In this document: piece after piece, positions 1-8,889 of the stretch
Numbering within the stretch: position 1 is the first letter of the stretch
How the letters are laid out: every line of letters begins with the position of its first letter
DNA from: Pyrobaculum arsenaticum DSM 13514
Lineage (GTDB): Archaea > Thermoproteota > Thermoprotei > Thermoproteales > Thermoproteaceae
Assembly (NCBI RefSeq): GCF_000016385.1
Contig: NC_009376.1
Location: 1,972,179-2,004,178 of the forward strand
DNA: 32,000 bases
Reading direction: 5' to 3'
Made by a program: the position numbers and the translations under genes
The notes under the pieces: model-generated
What the model was told of the DNA's origin: nothing
What the model saw: the letters and a program-made list of their open reading frames with translations, nothing else
Database searches by the model: none

Positions 1-977
1 TCCTACAGCTGGTCCCCATGTTCCACGTCCACGGCTGGGGCACGCCTTGGACCTTCGCCCTTATGGGGTGGAGGCAAGTGTACCCCGGCCGGTTTGACCC
101 CAACCACGTGGTTAAGCTAATAGCGGAAGAGAGGGTGAAGAGCTTGGCAGGCGTGCCGACAATGCTCTATATGTTGCTCACGGCGCCCGAGTTTCCCAAG
201 TACGTAAACAGGATTAGAGAGGTGAAGCCAATATTTGTCGTAGGCGGCGCAGCCCTCCCGAAGGAGCTGGCAAAAAGAGCGGCCGAGGCCGGGTTCATCC
301 CAAGAGTTGGCTACGGACTCACGGAGACAGCGCCGGTCCTGACGCTTGGGTATTTCAGACCCACGGAGAAGTTGCCTCAAGACGTCGAGGAGTACTACAG
401 CGTCCTAACAGCGACGGGTCTGCCCATACCCCTTGTGGATCTCGCCGTGGTTGACGAGAATCTCAACCCCGTCCCCCGCGACGGAAGGACTATGGGTGAA
501 ATAGTTGTAAAGGCGCCTTGGGTAACGCCTGAATACTTGGGAGACCCCGAGAAGACCAAGGAGTCTTTCCGAGGGGGCTGGTTCAGAACTGGCGACGTCG
601 CTGTGTGGTATCCAGACGGCCGCATCAGGATAGTGGACAGGGCCAAAGACGTTATCAAATCCGGGGGCGAGTGGATCTCCTCCCTGCAACTAGAGGACTT
701 AATCGCCACGCACCCCGCCGTCGCGCAAGTCGCAGTTATCGGAGTCCCGCACGAGAAATGGGGCGAGCGCCCAGTCGCCGTGGTGGTGCTCAAGCCGGGC
801 GCCGCGGCCACGGAGCAAGACATAATCAACCACTTGCAGAAATTCGTCGACGCGGGGAAGATCCCCAAGTGGTGGCTACCCGACAAGGTGATATTCGTCA
901 ACCAGCTACCGCTCACCGGCACAGGGAAGATAGACAAGAAAGTACTCAAGGAGCAGTTCAGGAACACGCTGAAATAG
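1..977 (+). CDS. AMP-dependent acyl-CoA synthetase/ligase, C-terminal part (5' end lies off the window)
   Basis: The reading frame is open from base 3 (LQLVPMFHVHGWG), so the listed ATG at 18 is internal. Adenylate-forming enzyme motifs are present: YGLTETAP, WFRTGDV, DRAKDVIKSGGEWISS and a C-terminal GKIDKK. Confidence 0.85.
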   Translation, partial: LQLVPMFHVHGWGTPWTFALMGWRQVYPGRFDPNHVVKLIAEERVKSLAGVPTMLYMLLTAPEFPKYVNRIREVKPIFVVGGAALPKELAKRAAEAGFIPRVGYGLTETAPVLTLGYFRPTEKLPQDVEEYYSVLTATGLPIPLVDLAVVDENLNPVPRDGRTMGEIVVKAPWVTPEYLGDPEKTKESFRGGWFRTGDVAVWYPDGRIRIVDRAKDVIKSGGEWISSLQLEDLIATHPAVAQVAVIGVPHEKWGERPVAVVVLKPGAAATEQDIINHLQKFVDAGKIPKWWLPDKVIFVNQLPLTGTGKIDKKVLKEQFRNTLK

Positions 978-1051
978 GCCTTAAACCGTACAAAGCCTCT
1001 ATTTTTCGGCAAACGCCGTCCTTCCCATTTCAGACATACGGCGCCTTTGTG

Positions 1052-1744
1052 TCAGGGCAAAATCAGTATCCATATGGCGAATACTACTAGGGCGGCTGTG
1101 ACGGCGTATTCGGCTAGTTTAGAGCGGGCGCAGGACACTAGGCGCTGACCTGTGAAGATCCCCAGACCTGCAAGTATGCCGCCGATAATTACCTTGCCCT
1201 TCAACGCAACGGCCTCAGTGGCCTCTAACGTGCGAAGAAGGGGGATAAGGGCCTCCACTTCGCCGAATATGACTCTGACGAAGGCAAATGACAGAGTTGT
1301 GCCCAAGATAGAGTCTAGGAAGCCCGCGAGGAAGTTAACAACGCTCCTCAGCCGCGCCGGGGCCTTTACGGCTAAGATTTCAGGAAAAGCTATCTTAACA
1401 GCAGTCGCTAAGGCGCTGGTAGCTATCAAAAACTTTAGAAGTTCCCAGGAAAGCACTATGTATACGACTACGCCGATCACCACGCCGAGTAGTACTGGGA
1501 CACTCTGTAGACGGTCAAAATGAATCACCGCCCCTTGGCCGCCGAATTTTTGGTATACCAAATTCAGCAAACCTGAAAGACCTGTTGAGATCGTAAAGCT
1601 CAACACGACTACTTGCGGTTGTTCCCCCACGGCTAACATTAGTGGCATGACGAATATCGACGCATAGGCGGGCTCCTCCACCGCCGTAGACAGAACGCCG
1701 GCAAAGATACCCGCATAAAACCATACCAGCAACTCGGCGTTCAC
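1052..1744 (-). CDS. Multi-pass membrane protein, TauE/SafE (DUF81)-like permease
   Basis: 230-aa ORF that is almost entirely hydrophobic with about 7-8 predicted helices. Size and Gly/Ala-rich helices resemble the TauE/SafE family. The family call comes from overall resemblance only. Confidence 0.5.
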   Translation of the reverse strand: MNAELLVWFYAGIFAGVLSTAVEEPAYASIFVMPLMLAVGEQPQVVVLSFTISTGLSGLLNLVYQKFGGQGAVIHFDRLQSVPVLLGVVIGVVVYIVLSWELLKFLIATSALATAVKIAFPEILAVKAPARLRSVVNFLAGFLDSILGTTLSFAFVRVIFGEVEALIPLLRTLEATEAVALKGKVIIGGILAGLGIFTGQRLVSCARSKLAEYAVTAALVVFAIWILILP

Positions 1745-1853
1745 AAAGGGCGGAACTAGAGTAATTTAAAAGGCTTACCCAACAAACGACTTTCTATTTC
1801 CGAAGTGAGTTGCGCCGGCGTCCATGAAGCGTCTAGCTCTGTCCGCCGCGTCG

Positions 1854-2285
1854 TCAGCCTTGGTCGCCCTTCTTTAAGCTCTGGAGCAAGTACTTGTGCG
1901 CCTTTGCCAAGACTTGCCTCGAGTTTGGGTATGTGACCTTAGCGAGGGCCTGGGAATAAGGCAACCAGACATACCCGACGTGCTCCCAGCTGAGCTTCAC
2001 CTCCTTCGAGAAGGCCCTGGCGAGGAACAAGATGACCTTCTTCCTGACCCTCCTCCCGGCCTTGACGTAGAAGTACTCAATCTCCTCCCTAAACCCCGGA
2101 ACGAGCTCCGCGTCTAGCCCTGTCTCCTCCTTTATCTCCCTCAAGGCGGCCTCCTCCGGCGCCTCGCCAAATTCTACGTTTCCCTTTGGAAAGTCCCAGT
2201 GGCCAGAGGGGTAGTGCAACAAGAGATACTCCACGTCGCCGCCGAGGTAAAACACCACAGCCCCAGCTGACACCTCGTCGTACAC
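1854..2285 (-). CDS. Nudix hydrolase
   Basis: A canonical Nudix box is present: GHWDFPKGNVEFGEAPEEAALREIKEETGL (GX5EX7REUXEEXGU). GTG start at 2285, with TTATAAAG about 25 nt upstream on the minus strand. Confidence 0.85.
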   Translation of the reverse strand: MYDEVSAGAVVFYLGGDVEYLLLHYPSGHWDFPKGNVEFGEAPEEAALREIKEETGLDAELVPGFREEIEYFYVKAGRRVRKKVILFLARAFSKEVKLSWEHVGYVWLPYSQALAKVTYPNSRQVLAKAHKYLLQSLKKGDQG

Positions 2286-2678
2286 GAGCCAACCTCCTCG
2301 GGGCTTTATAACAATAGCCGCGATTAGATTTTAGGCGCGCTCAGCGCCGATCGTGAACTGCGCCGCGCATCAACGCGGGGAAGCCCGGCAGTTGTCGAGT
2401 AGCTGTGTACAGGTAGGCGAGTCCTACGCGTCCAGCGTCAAGCGCTAAATCCGAGGCGGCCTGTGGGGCGGCCATAGAAGAGCGTTTTCTGGAAAACATC
2501 GTAAAAGCGATTGAAGAGCGCTTAGGTCGTTATGAGTGAAGTTCTATGTGTCTAAGGCTGGTCTCAGCTGTTCTACAAGGCACCTCTCTGCGAGGCGGCG
2601 CCTTTTTCGCCTAGGGCGTCGGCCAAGGGGACCCATACAATTACGAAGTTGAGTTTGTTTATTACATCTTTAAGGATC

Positions 2679-2993
2679 TTACCGCCTTCTCCCTGGCCCT
2701 AAGGGGGTCCATTTGTCTCTCTGGGCACATACCTGGTCTAAGCTGTGCATTAAGGATCTGATCACACCCTCTGATCCGCCGATGTGCGCGTTGTAGTGCC
2801 CTCTGATTAGCCTTCGGGCGACGTCGTTCGCCTCGCCCGCGTAGTGGACTGCGTTGTCGTTGAAAAACACGTAGACTCCTGGACCAGGAACGCTCTTAAA
2901 ACTCCTGCAAGTATTTACGCCGCCGGCAAAGCCTTGCGAAGGGCTAAGGGCTTCCGCACAGCGCCTCGTCGCCTCAAAGACGCTTTTAGCCAC
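2679..2993 (-). CDS. Small GIY-YIG nuclease-superfamily-like protein (hypothetical)
   Basis: GVYVFFNDNAVHYAGEANDVARRLIRGH fits the GIY-(9-11 aa)-YxG-...-R-x3-H pattern of GIY-YIG domains. GTG start. A 26-codon ATG-initiated ORF (3089 down to 3009) lies in the same frame, separated by a TGA at 3006-3008. Confidence 0.45.
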   Translation of the reverse strand: MAKSVFEATRRCAEALSPSQGFAGGVNTCRSFKSVPGPGVYVFFNDNAVHYAGEANDVARRLIRGHYNAHIGGSEGVIRSLMHSLDQVCAQRDKWTPLGPGRRR

Positions 2994-3364
2994 GGCCCGG
3001 GGATCTCAGAGGTATATGGGCTTGCTGCCTTGTTGGTGAACTTCGCGGATTGCCTTGGCGAGTCTACCGCCGCCTGGTTCTAAAGGCATCTGTGTTTAGG
3101 CGATTTCGGCTAAGGCTCCCGTCGAGGTGCATAAGAAACCAGCGCGGATTACCTCCCGCCGAGGTTTATGCAGATCAGCTTAGGCGCCTGAAAAGCAGAT
3201 ACGCTTAACTGGCTGAGCTGCCATGGGGACAAGATTCGCAGACCGCCGCGGAGGATCCAGGATCATGTGAGGCGCTTGGCGTAGACAGGTATACATGAGG
3301 CTGGAGAGTTCTCGGCGATTGTGAGTAGGTATATACTTGGCCTTGGGGGCAACTCGCTTGGCGA

Positions 3365-4375
3365 TTATGCGCTTTCCAGGGCGCTCCTCACGGCCTCTCT
3401 GTGCAGCGGCGTCTGCCAGGCGACCCGTCTGCCGATCCCTAACTCGGGATCCCTCTCGGGCGGTGGCTCCCCGGCCCAGAAGTGGGGGTCTCGCGGAGGT
3501 ATCGCGTCGACAATTAGGTTTAGATCCACCAGCTTGTCCATTAGGGGTATGCCTTCTCTAGTGAGCAGCGAATCGGGGTCCTCGACGGCGCTCCTCAAGA
3601 GCTCCCTTTCGCCGTAGCCTAGGCCGTTGACTAGAGTTTCTATCTTTCGTCTATCCACGACCCTCTGTAACACCGCCTTCACGTCCCACCCAGCCTTGTA
3701 GAGCACCTGTAACAACCGAGGGTTTCCGCCAGTCGTCCTCCACACCTCATCAAAGGGGGGCTTTTCGCCGGGTATCTGGTCGTAGAGCTGTTTAAAGCCG
3801 TCGCGCGGCATGTTCCACATGGGTAGTAGGTCGGCCCAGTCATGCCGCCCGATCTCTCTCCTCGTAACGCCTTCACTCGTCGCCACTACGGCTACTATGA
3901 CGTCTACGCTTCTCGGCGGGTACTCTATGAGGCCGAGGAGGCCTTTGACATATACCGCGGCTTTGTTGAAGCCGATTGCTTGGAACACGTCGTCGGTCAG
4001 GACGGCTACCTTGCGCCTCCCCGCCCGGATGAGCTCCTTGGCCAGGTCCACGGCGGCCCAGACGGCTCTGGCCCAAGCCTCGTCGGTGGCTTCTCTTAGA
4101 ATCTCCGCTATGCGCCTCTTCACGTCGGGCAAATCGAGCTCGGCATATAACTCCTTCTCCAATGGGTTGAGGTACACCACGTCGAAGCCCAGCCTCCTCA
4201 ACAACACCGCAGACTGTTTCAACCAAGCCGTCTTCCCACAGCCCTCAGGCCCGAAGACTACTTGAACCGGGAAAGTGCCGCTTGCTGCCCACTCCTCTAC
4301 CTTGTTTAGGGCCAGCTCCCTATCGGTGAATAGGACCTCGAGCCCGGGCGCCAGCCGCAACTTGATCCTCTCCAC
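3365..4375 (-). CDS. Archaeal ATPase family protein (AAA+/Arch_ATPase-like P-loop NTPase)
   Basis: Walker A is FGPEGCGKTAWL and a Walker B-like VAVLTDDVF follows. Length (336 aa) and layout match the expanded archaeal ATPase family that is common in Thermoproteales. Confidence 0.75.
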   Translation of the reverse strand: MERIKLRLAPGLEVLFTDRELALNKVEEWAASGTFPVQVVFGPEGCGKTAWLKQSAVLLRRLGFDVVYLNPLEKELYAELDLPDVKRRIAEILREATDEAWARAVWAAVDLAKELIRAGRRKVAVLTDDVFQAIGFNKAAVYVKGLLGLIEYPPRSVDVIVAVVATSEGVTRREIGRHDWADLLPMWNMPRDGFKQLYDQIPGEKPPFDEVWRTTGGNPRLLQVLYKAGWDVKAVLQRVVDRRKIETLVNGLGYGERELLRSAVEDPDSLLTREGIPLMDKLVDLNLIVDAIPPRDPHFWAGEPPPERDPELGIGRRVAWQTPLHREAVRSALESA

Positions 4376-4781
4376 GATGCGTCAATGCTCGCCGCTTAAA
4401 AAGTTGTAGGGAACCCCCCAACGCCCCGCCTACAAGTTCGGCAAGCGCCGCAGACACTCTATGCCTCTATCACTCTGTACTCCGCGTGTGTTATGCGTAT
4501 GTTAAACATCTTGTTACGACGTGCCTTTAGAGGGCTTTTTGTATGGGGATTTGTTTTTCAGCCGGCGAAGGCTCGACCTTTGGGGCGGGGGTTTGGGCAT
4601 AGTGGTAGTCATGAGCGGCTGTGCTGCTGTTGGGCATTAGATCGGAAGCCCCGTGGCGTCTTGAGAGTTGAAAGGCGGCTCAGTCCGCGGAATATATCTC
4701 ATAAGTCAATAGGGGGCAAGTCATCCTCATCGCCGATTATTGATACTATAAATCCATTTAAAAACACAGCCTCTTTTTGAC

Positions 4782-5255
4782 GTGTGTCTTGAAAAGACGT
4801 GGCCCCGTGGCGGTCCCGACTGGGCCGCCGTCGGCGTCCTCGTGAGCGGCGGCCGAGTATTGATGATCCGCCGAGTTGAGCGGGAGGGAGACCCCTGGTC
4901 CGGCCAAGTGGCCTTCCCAGGCGGCAGGTGGAAGCCGGGGGAGGACCTCCTGGGCACGGCGGTTAGGGAGGTGGAGGAGGAGGTCGGGGTGAGGCCGGAG
5001 GAGCTGATGGGCGTCCTTCCGCCGCCGAGTCCGCGGAACGCCCCTTGGCTGAAGGTCGTCCCCTTTCTCTTTAGAAGGTGGTCGGGAGAAGTAAGGCCAA
5101 ATCCCACAGAGGTGAGAGAGGTACGGTGGGTCTCAAGAGAGGAGCTGACGGAGGGCGAGTGGGTAGGGCGCGAGGCCTTCTTCGCGGGGAGCTGGGTGAT
5201 TTGGGGGCTCACCTTCCGCATCCTCAAGACTCTTATCCAATGCGGGTTTTTGTAG
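4782..5255 (+). CDS. Nudix hydrolase (CoA-pyrophosphatase-like)
   Basis: Nudix box FPGGRWKPGEDLLGTAVREVEEEVGV. GTG start, with ATTTAAAAAC about 25 nt upstream. Confidence 0.8.
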   Translation: MCLEKTWPRGGPDWAAVGVLVSGGRVLMIRRVEREGDPWSGQVAFPGGRWKPGEDLLGTAVREVEEEVGVRPEELMGVLPPPSPRNAPWLKVVPFLFRRWSGEVRPNPTEVREVRWVSREELTEGEWVGREAFFAGSWVIWGLTFRILKTLIQCGFL

Positions 5256-5309
5256 CCCTACGCGCGGGCCCGCCGCCTCAAGCTTATATATTAATGTCGG
5301 GGGTTCTAC

Positions 5310-6386
5310 GTGTCTTGCGAGTACGAGGCTCTTGGCAGATACCATTTGTTTGAGGGGCCCCGGATTAAGGTTAGGGCCTCCGCTGGCCGCGCCCTAATAG
5401 AGCGGCACTACGGCGTTGCGGGACACGCCACAGTAGAGCTGTGCAAGTGGACTAAAGACGCGTTGGAGGGGGGGAAGTCGTGCTACAAGGTGAAGTTCTA
5501 CAACGCCCCCGCCGGCGGGTCGCACCGGTGCGTCGAGATGAGCCCGGTGGGCCTCGTCTGTAGCAACCGCTGCGTCTACTGCTGGCGCCCCACCGAGGAG
5601 TTCGACGTCTTCCTACTCGACGAGAGGTTCTACATGGAGCCCGAGGACATCGTCAAGGGGGTCCTCGAAGAGAGGAGGAGGCTCCTATCCGGCTACTGGG
5701 GCCACCCGCAGGGTAAGCGGCGGGTGAGGGAAGCCCTGGAGCCGACCCACTGGGCTATCTCCCTGTCGGGGGAGCCCACCATGTACCCCAAGCTTCCCCA
5801 GCTTATAAAGCTGATAAAGTCACTCCCCAGCACGAAGTCCGTCTTCCTCGTCACCAACGGCCAGCACCCCGACATGTTGAGGAGGCTGTGGGAGGAGGAC
5901 GCCCTCCCCACCCAGCTCTACCTCTCCACCAACGCGCCCAACAAGGAGCTCTACTACAAGATAAACGTCCCCGTATACAACGTCGAGAACGCTTGGGAGA
6001 AGTGGCTGGAGTCCCTCGACCTGTTAGCAAAAATCCCGACAAGGACAGTCCTCCGCATCACCCTGATCAGAAGCCTAAACTACGACGACAGGTACATACC
6101 GGAGTTCGCCCAAATTGTCAAGAGGGGGAGCCCCCACTTCGTCGAGGTGAAGAGCTACATGCACCTCGGCCACTCCACCTTCCGCCTAAAGAAGGAAGAC
6201 ATGCTAAGCCACGAAGAGGTAAAGGAGTGGTCTCACAAGCTGTTAAAAGAGCTGGAGAAGATAGGCGCCCGCTTCGTCTACATGGACGACGACGAGCCCA
6301 GCCGCATAGTGGTTCTCCAGAATATGGACAGGTATGTGGAGAGGTGGATAGTGCCTCCACAGGTGAAAATCGAAACACAGAGTTAA
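5310..6386 (+). CDS. taw1: tRNA 4-demethylwyosine synthase (radical SAM, TYW1/Taw1)
   Basis: Radical-SAM cluster motif CSNRCVYCWR. The upstream Cys-containing segment (VELCKWTKDAL..CYK) and the overall length are typical of archaeal Taw1. TTATATATTA lies 26 nt upstream of the GTG start. Confidence 0.85.
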   Translation: MSCEYEALGRYHLFEGPRIKVRASAGRALIERHYGVAGHATVELCKWTKDALEGGKSCYKVKFYNAPAGGSHRCVEMSPVGLVCSNRCVYCWRPTEEFDVFLLDERFYMEPEDIVKGVLEERRRLLSGYWGHPQGKRRVREALEPTHWAISLSGEPTMYPKLPQLIKLIKSLPSTKSVFLVTNGQHPDMLRRLWEEDALPTQLYLSTNAPNKELYYKINVPVYNVENAWEKWLESLDLLAKIPTRTVLRITLIRSLNYDDRYIPEFAQIVKRGSPHFVEVKSYMHLGHSTFRLKKEDMLSHEEVKEWSHKLLKELEKIGARFVYMDDDEPSRIVVLQNMDRYVERWIVPPQVKIETQS

Positions 6387-6945
6387 CCAGCAGAGGAAGG
6401 GGGCGCCACAGACGTAGCAGAGGAGTATGCATAAGGCCCCGCACACTCCCACGACCCGGCCAAGTAGCTAGTAGACGGCGACACTAATAGGCACTGCACT
6501 TGCTCATTGAAGCGGAAGTGTAGGCACAGGCTCTGAAGATGGAGATGTGGGCCCATATCTAGAGAAGAGACGGCCTCTCTCTAGGGGAAGGTAAGATTCG
6601 CCGTGTATCCACGCGGACACCGACCAAATCGTATATACTTCGCCCGATGCCTACCAAGTGTTGACGGGGGCACAGAGAAGTTCCCCGTGGCGCGTGGGGT
6701 CGGCGTATCAGCGCCTGAGAAACAAGAGACATCTATCGGAGTGGTGCGTTCCGAGACATCAAAAAACCTCTAGCGGAGAGGTCCATTAGGTCGATTTCCT
6801 AGGCGGCACTTGCACGTCGTTTATCTTCTCTGATGAAACGGGGGACTCGAATCCCGAGGCGAAATGGTTACGTTTTTATTATGGCAAAAGACTAAAGCTA
6901 CTGATCGTGTAAGAAATTTTAGAAATTTCTGTTAATTCATAACTT

Positions 6946-7689
6946 ATGCCAACTGTTATCGTCACCGGGTCAGGTCGGGGAATAGGCAGGGCTATTGCTA
7001 TTAGATTTGCAAGAGAGGGCTGGAATGTGGTGGTAAACGCAAAGAAAGGAAGAGAAGAAGCCGAGGAAACGTTGAAATTAGTCAAAGACGCAGGTGGAAG
7101 CGGCGTTGTTGTATTAGCTGACGTCGCGACAAGAGAAGGCTGCCGTGATGTAGTTCAAGTAGCTGTGAATAACTTTGGCGGGTTAGACGTACTTGTGAAC
7201 AACGCTGGCCTAGGCCTTTTTTCGCTGTTTCTTAATGCCGACGATAGACTTATAGATAAGCAACTAGAAGTTTCTCTTAAATCAGTGATATATTGTACAC
7301 AAGAGGCGGCTAAGGTAATGAAGGAGGGCTCTATAATAAACATAGCGTCTATTGCTGGAATTAGGCCTTTTGTAGGATTATCTATATACAGCGCGGCGAA
7401 GGCAGCCGTAATCAACTTAACGCAGGCATTAGCAATTGAGCTAGCGCCGCGGATTCGCGTAAACGCCGTGGCGCCGGGAGTCGTAAAGACGAGAATGGGC
7501 GAGAGCCTAGTCAAGTTGCTAGGAATAAGCGAAGGCGAGTTTGCCAGAAGACACACCCTGCTGGAGAAAATGGTGACTCCAGAAGATGTCGCAGAAGTTG
7601 TGTGGATGCTAGTAAAGATACCTGCCATAACTGGACAAGTAATAGTGGTAGACTCCGGAGAACTACTCAAAAGTGGAATAATTTCGTAG
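6946..7689 (+). CDS. Short-chain dehydrogenase/reductase (FabG-like 3-oxoacyl reductase)
   Basis: TGSGRGIGRAIA (TGxxxGxG), NNAG, and a catalytic YSAAKAA (YxxxK). GC is visibly lower than in neighbouring genes, about 40-48% in two 120-nt hand counts. Confidence 0.9.
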   Translation: MPTVIVTGSGRGIGRAIAIRFAREGWNVVVNAKKGREEAEETLKLVKDAGGSGVVVLADVATREGCRDVVQVAVNNFGGLDVLVNNAGLGLFSLFLNADDRLIDKQLEVSLKSVIYCTQEAAKVMKEGSIINIASIAGIRPFVGLSIYSAAKAAVINLTQALAIELAPRIRVNAVAPGVVKTRMGESLVKLLGISEGEFARRHTLLEKMVTPEDVAEVVWMLVKIPAITGQVIVVDSGELLKSGIIS

Positions 7690-7808
7690 CCGTAGGTTGT
7701 TACAGGTGCATTGGCTGAGCAAAGGCTGGAGAGGGTGAAGAAAACGATATACGAGACGGTAGCTGACGCAATAGTTTAAGTAGTGGGAACCTACCACGGA
7801 CCGTCCGC

Positions 7809-8846
7809 TTATCTGCGGGCTGTGGCCCTTAGCTTCTCCAAGGCTTGTGGTACGTAGTATTTGTTTAGTATGTAGTCAACTACGTCTTTTGTGCCTTGGC
7901 AGTTTGCTGTGGACATCTCTGCAATTGGTGAAAATAGCTCCCGCGCTTTTTTCACCTCCTCTTCGGTGGCTATGTCGACTTTGTTCAGCACAGCTACGGC
8001 GGGGGCGGGGAAACTCTCCCTAATCTCCCTCCAGAGGTTTAGTTGCGTGTCCAGGGAGTAGCCGCTATGCGGGGTGGGGTCGACTATGAAGAGTATGGCG
8101 CCGGCTAGGTGTTTCAACGCGAGTACGGCTTGCCGCTCTATTTGGTTCCGCTCTGAGAGCGGCCGGTCGAGGAGGCCCGGCGTGTCGATGACCTGTACCT
8201 TGTCCCCCCTCAGCACGATGTGGCCGAGGTGTATCTGCTTAGTGGTGAAGGGGTACTCGGCCACTTCTGGCTTAGCGGTGGAGACGCAACGGACGAAGCT
8301 GCTCTTACCCACATTGGGCGCGCCGGCCACTACAATTGTGAAGAGATTTGGGTCAATGGCTGGGAGCTTTCGTAAAAATAGGACTATTTCTCTCATCTTG
8401 TCTAATTCGGGTTTTAAGTCGTTAAGCAGGTCTATGATGCGCGCCTTGTACATCCTCTTAGCTTCGAGGATGCCCTTCTTGTCGGGCGCCGTGCGGACTA
8501 CTGTAATTGCCTCCTTGGCGATGGCCCGGATAGCCACATGCGCATTCCCCACCTTGGCCACCACGTGCTTGTAGTTCTGGGCCCCGAAAACCACGTCTAT
8601 AAGCTCCCGGTAGAAGGGGTGGAGCTTGTCTAAAAACGGCATTCTTAAAGCCATTTCTCTGAGCGTGGTGGCGATGGTTTTTCCTGATGTTACAATTCGC
8701 CTTATTTCCAGCCTTTTCTGCCTCACAAACGCGGGCTCCGCCTCGGAGCCTCTTGCCTCTTCTCTCCCGTACGCGGCTAGAAACATTGAGATAAGCTCAT
8801 CTGCCGAGTAGATGTACGGCAACTTCGCCTTGTCTACAACCTCCAC
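7809..8846 (-). CDS. NOG1-type GTP-binding protein
   Basis: G1 is GAPNVGKSSFV, G3 is DTPGLLDR and G4 is NKVD. A long helical N-terminal domain precedes them, as in archaeal NOG1/HSR1-related GTPases. Confidence 0.85.
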   Translation of the reverse strand: MEVVDKAKLPYIYSADELISMFLAAYGREEARGSEAEPAFVRQKRLEIRRIVTSGKTIATTLREMALRMPFLDKLHPFYRELIDVVFGAQNYKHVVAKVGNAHVAIRAIAKEAITVVRTAPDKKGILEAKRMYKARIIDLLNDLKPELDKMREIVLFLRKLPAIDPNLFTIVVAGAPNVGKSSFVRCVSTAKPEVAEYPFTTKQIHLGHIVLRGDKVQVIDTPGLLDRPLSERNQIERQAVLALKHLAGAILFIVDPTPHSGYSLDTQLNLWREIRESFPAPAVAVLNKVDIATEEEVKKARELFSPIAEMSTANCQGTKDVVDYILNKYYVPQALEKLRATARR

Positions 8847-8889
8847 ATGGGGGCTCTATCCCAATTATAAAAACATGTAAAATTGAGAC

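Noticed and set aside
395-1012. Long antisense or alternate-frame ORFs overlapping well-supported genes. Examples: 395..1012-, 605..1090+, 7155..7670-, 8074..8574+, 12196..12948+, 16682..17503+, 20455..20856+, 28674..29249-, 31467..31937-.
   Set aside because: Each lies opposite to, or out of frame with, a gene that has clear family motifs. Their products are Ser/Arg/Pro/Thr-rich low-complexity strings typical of shadow ORFs in GC-rich DNA.
4648-4812. 11-nt direct repeat GCCCCGTGGCG (4648-4658 and 4802-4812), plus GTCTTGA nearby, as a duplicated Nudix 5' end
   Set aside because: The matching pieces are not colinear and the flanks do not align. The evidence is too short to call a junction duplication like DR1 or DR2.
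6829-6866. CTGATGA...GAAA as a hammerhead ribozyme, or GACTCGAATCCC as a tRNA T-arm or tRNA-derived att site
   Set aside because: Stem II would begin with A-C and A-G mismatches, and only a CGGG/CCCG stem with a 10-nt loop forms. No 5-bp T-stem with a 7-nt loop, acceptor stem or anticodon arm can be drawn on either strand.
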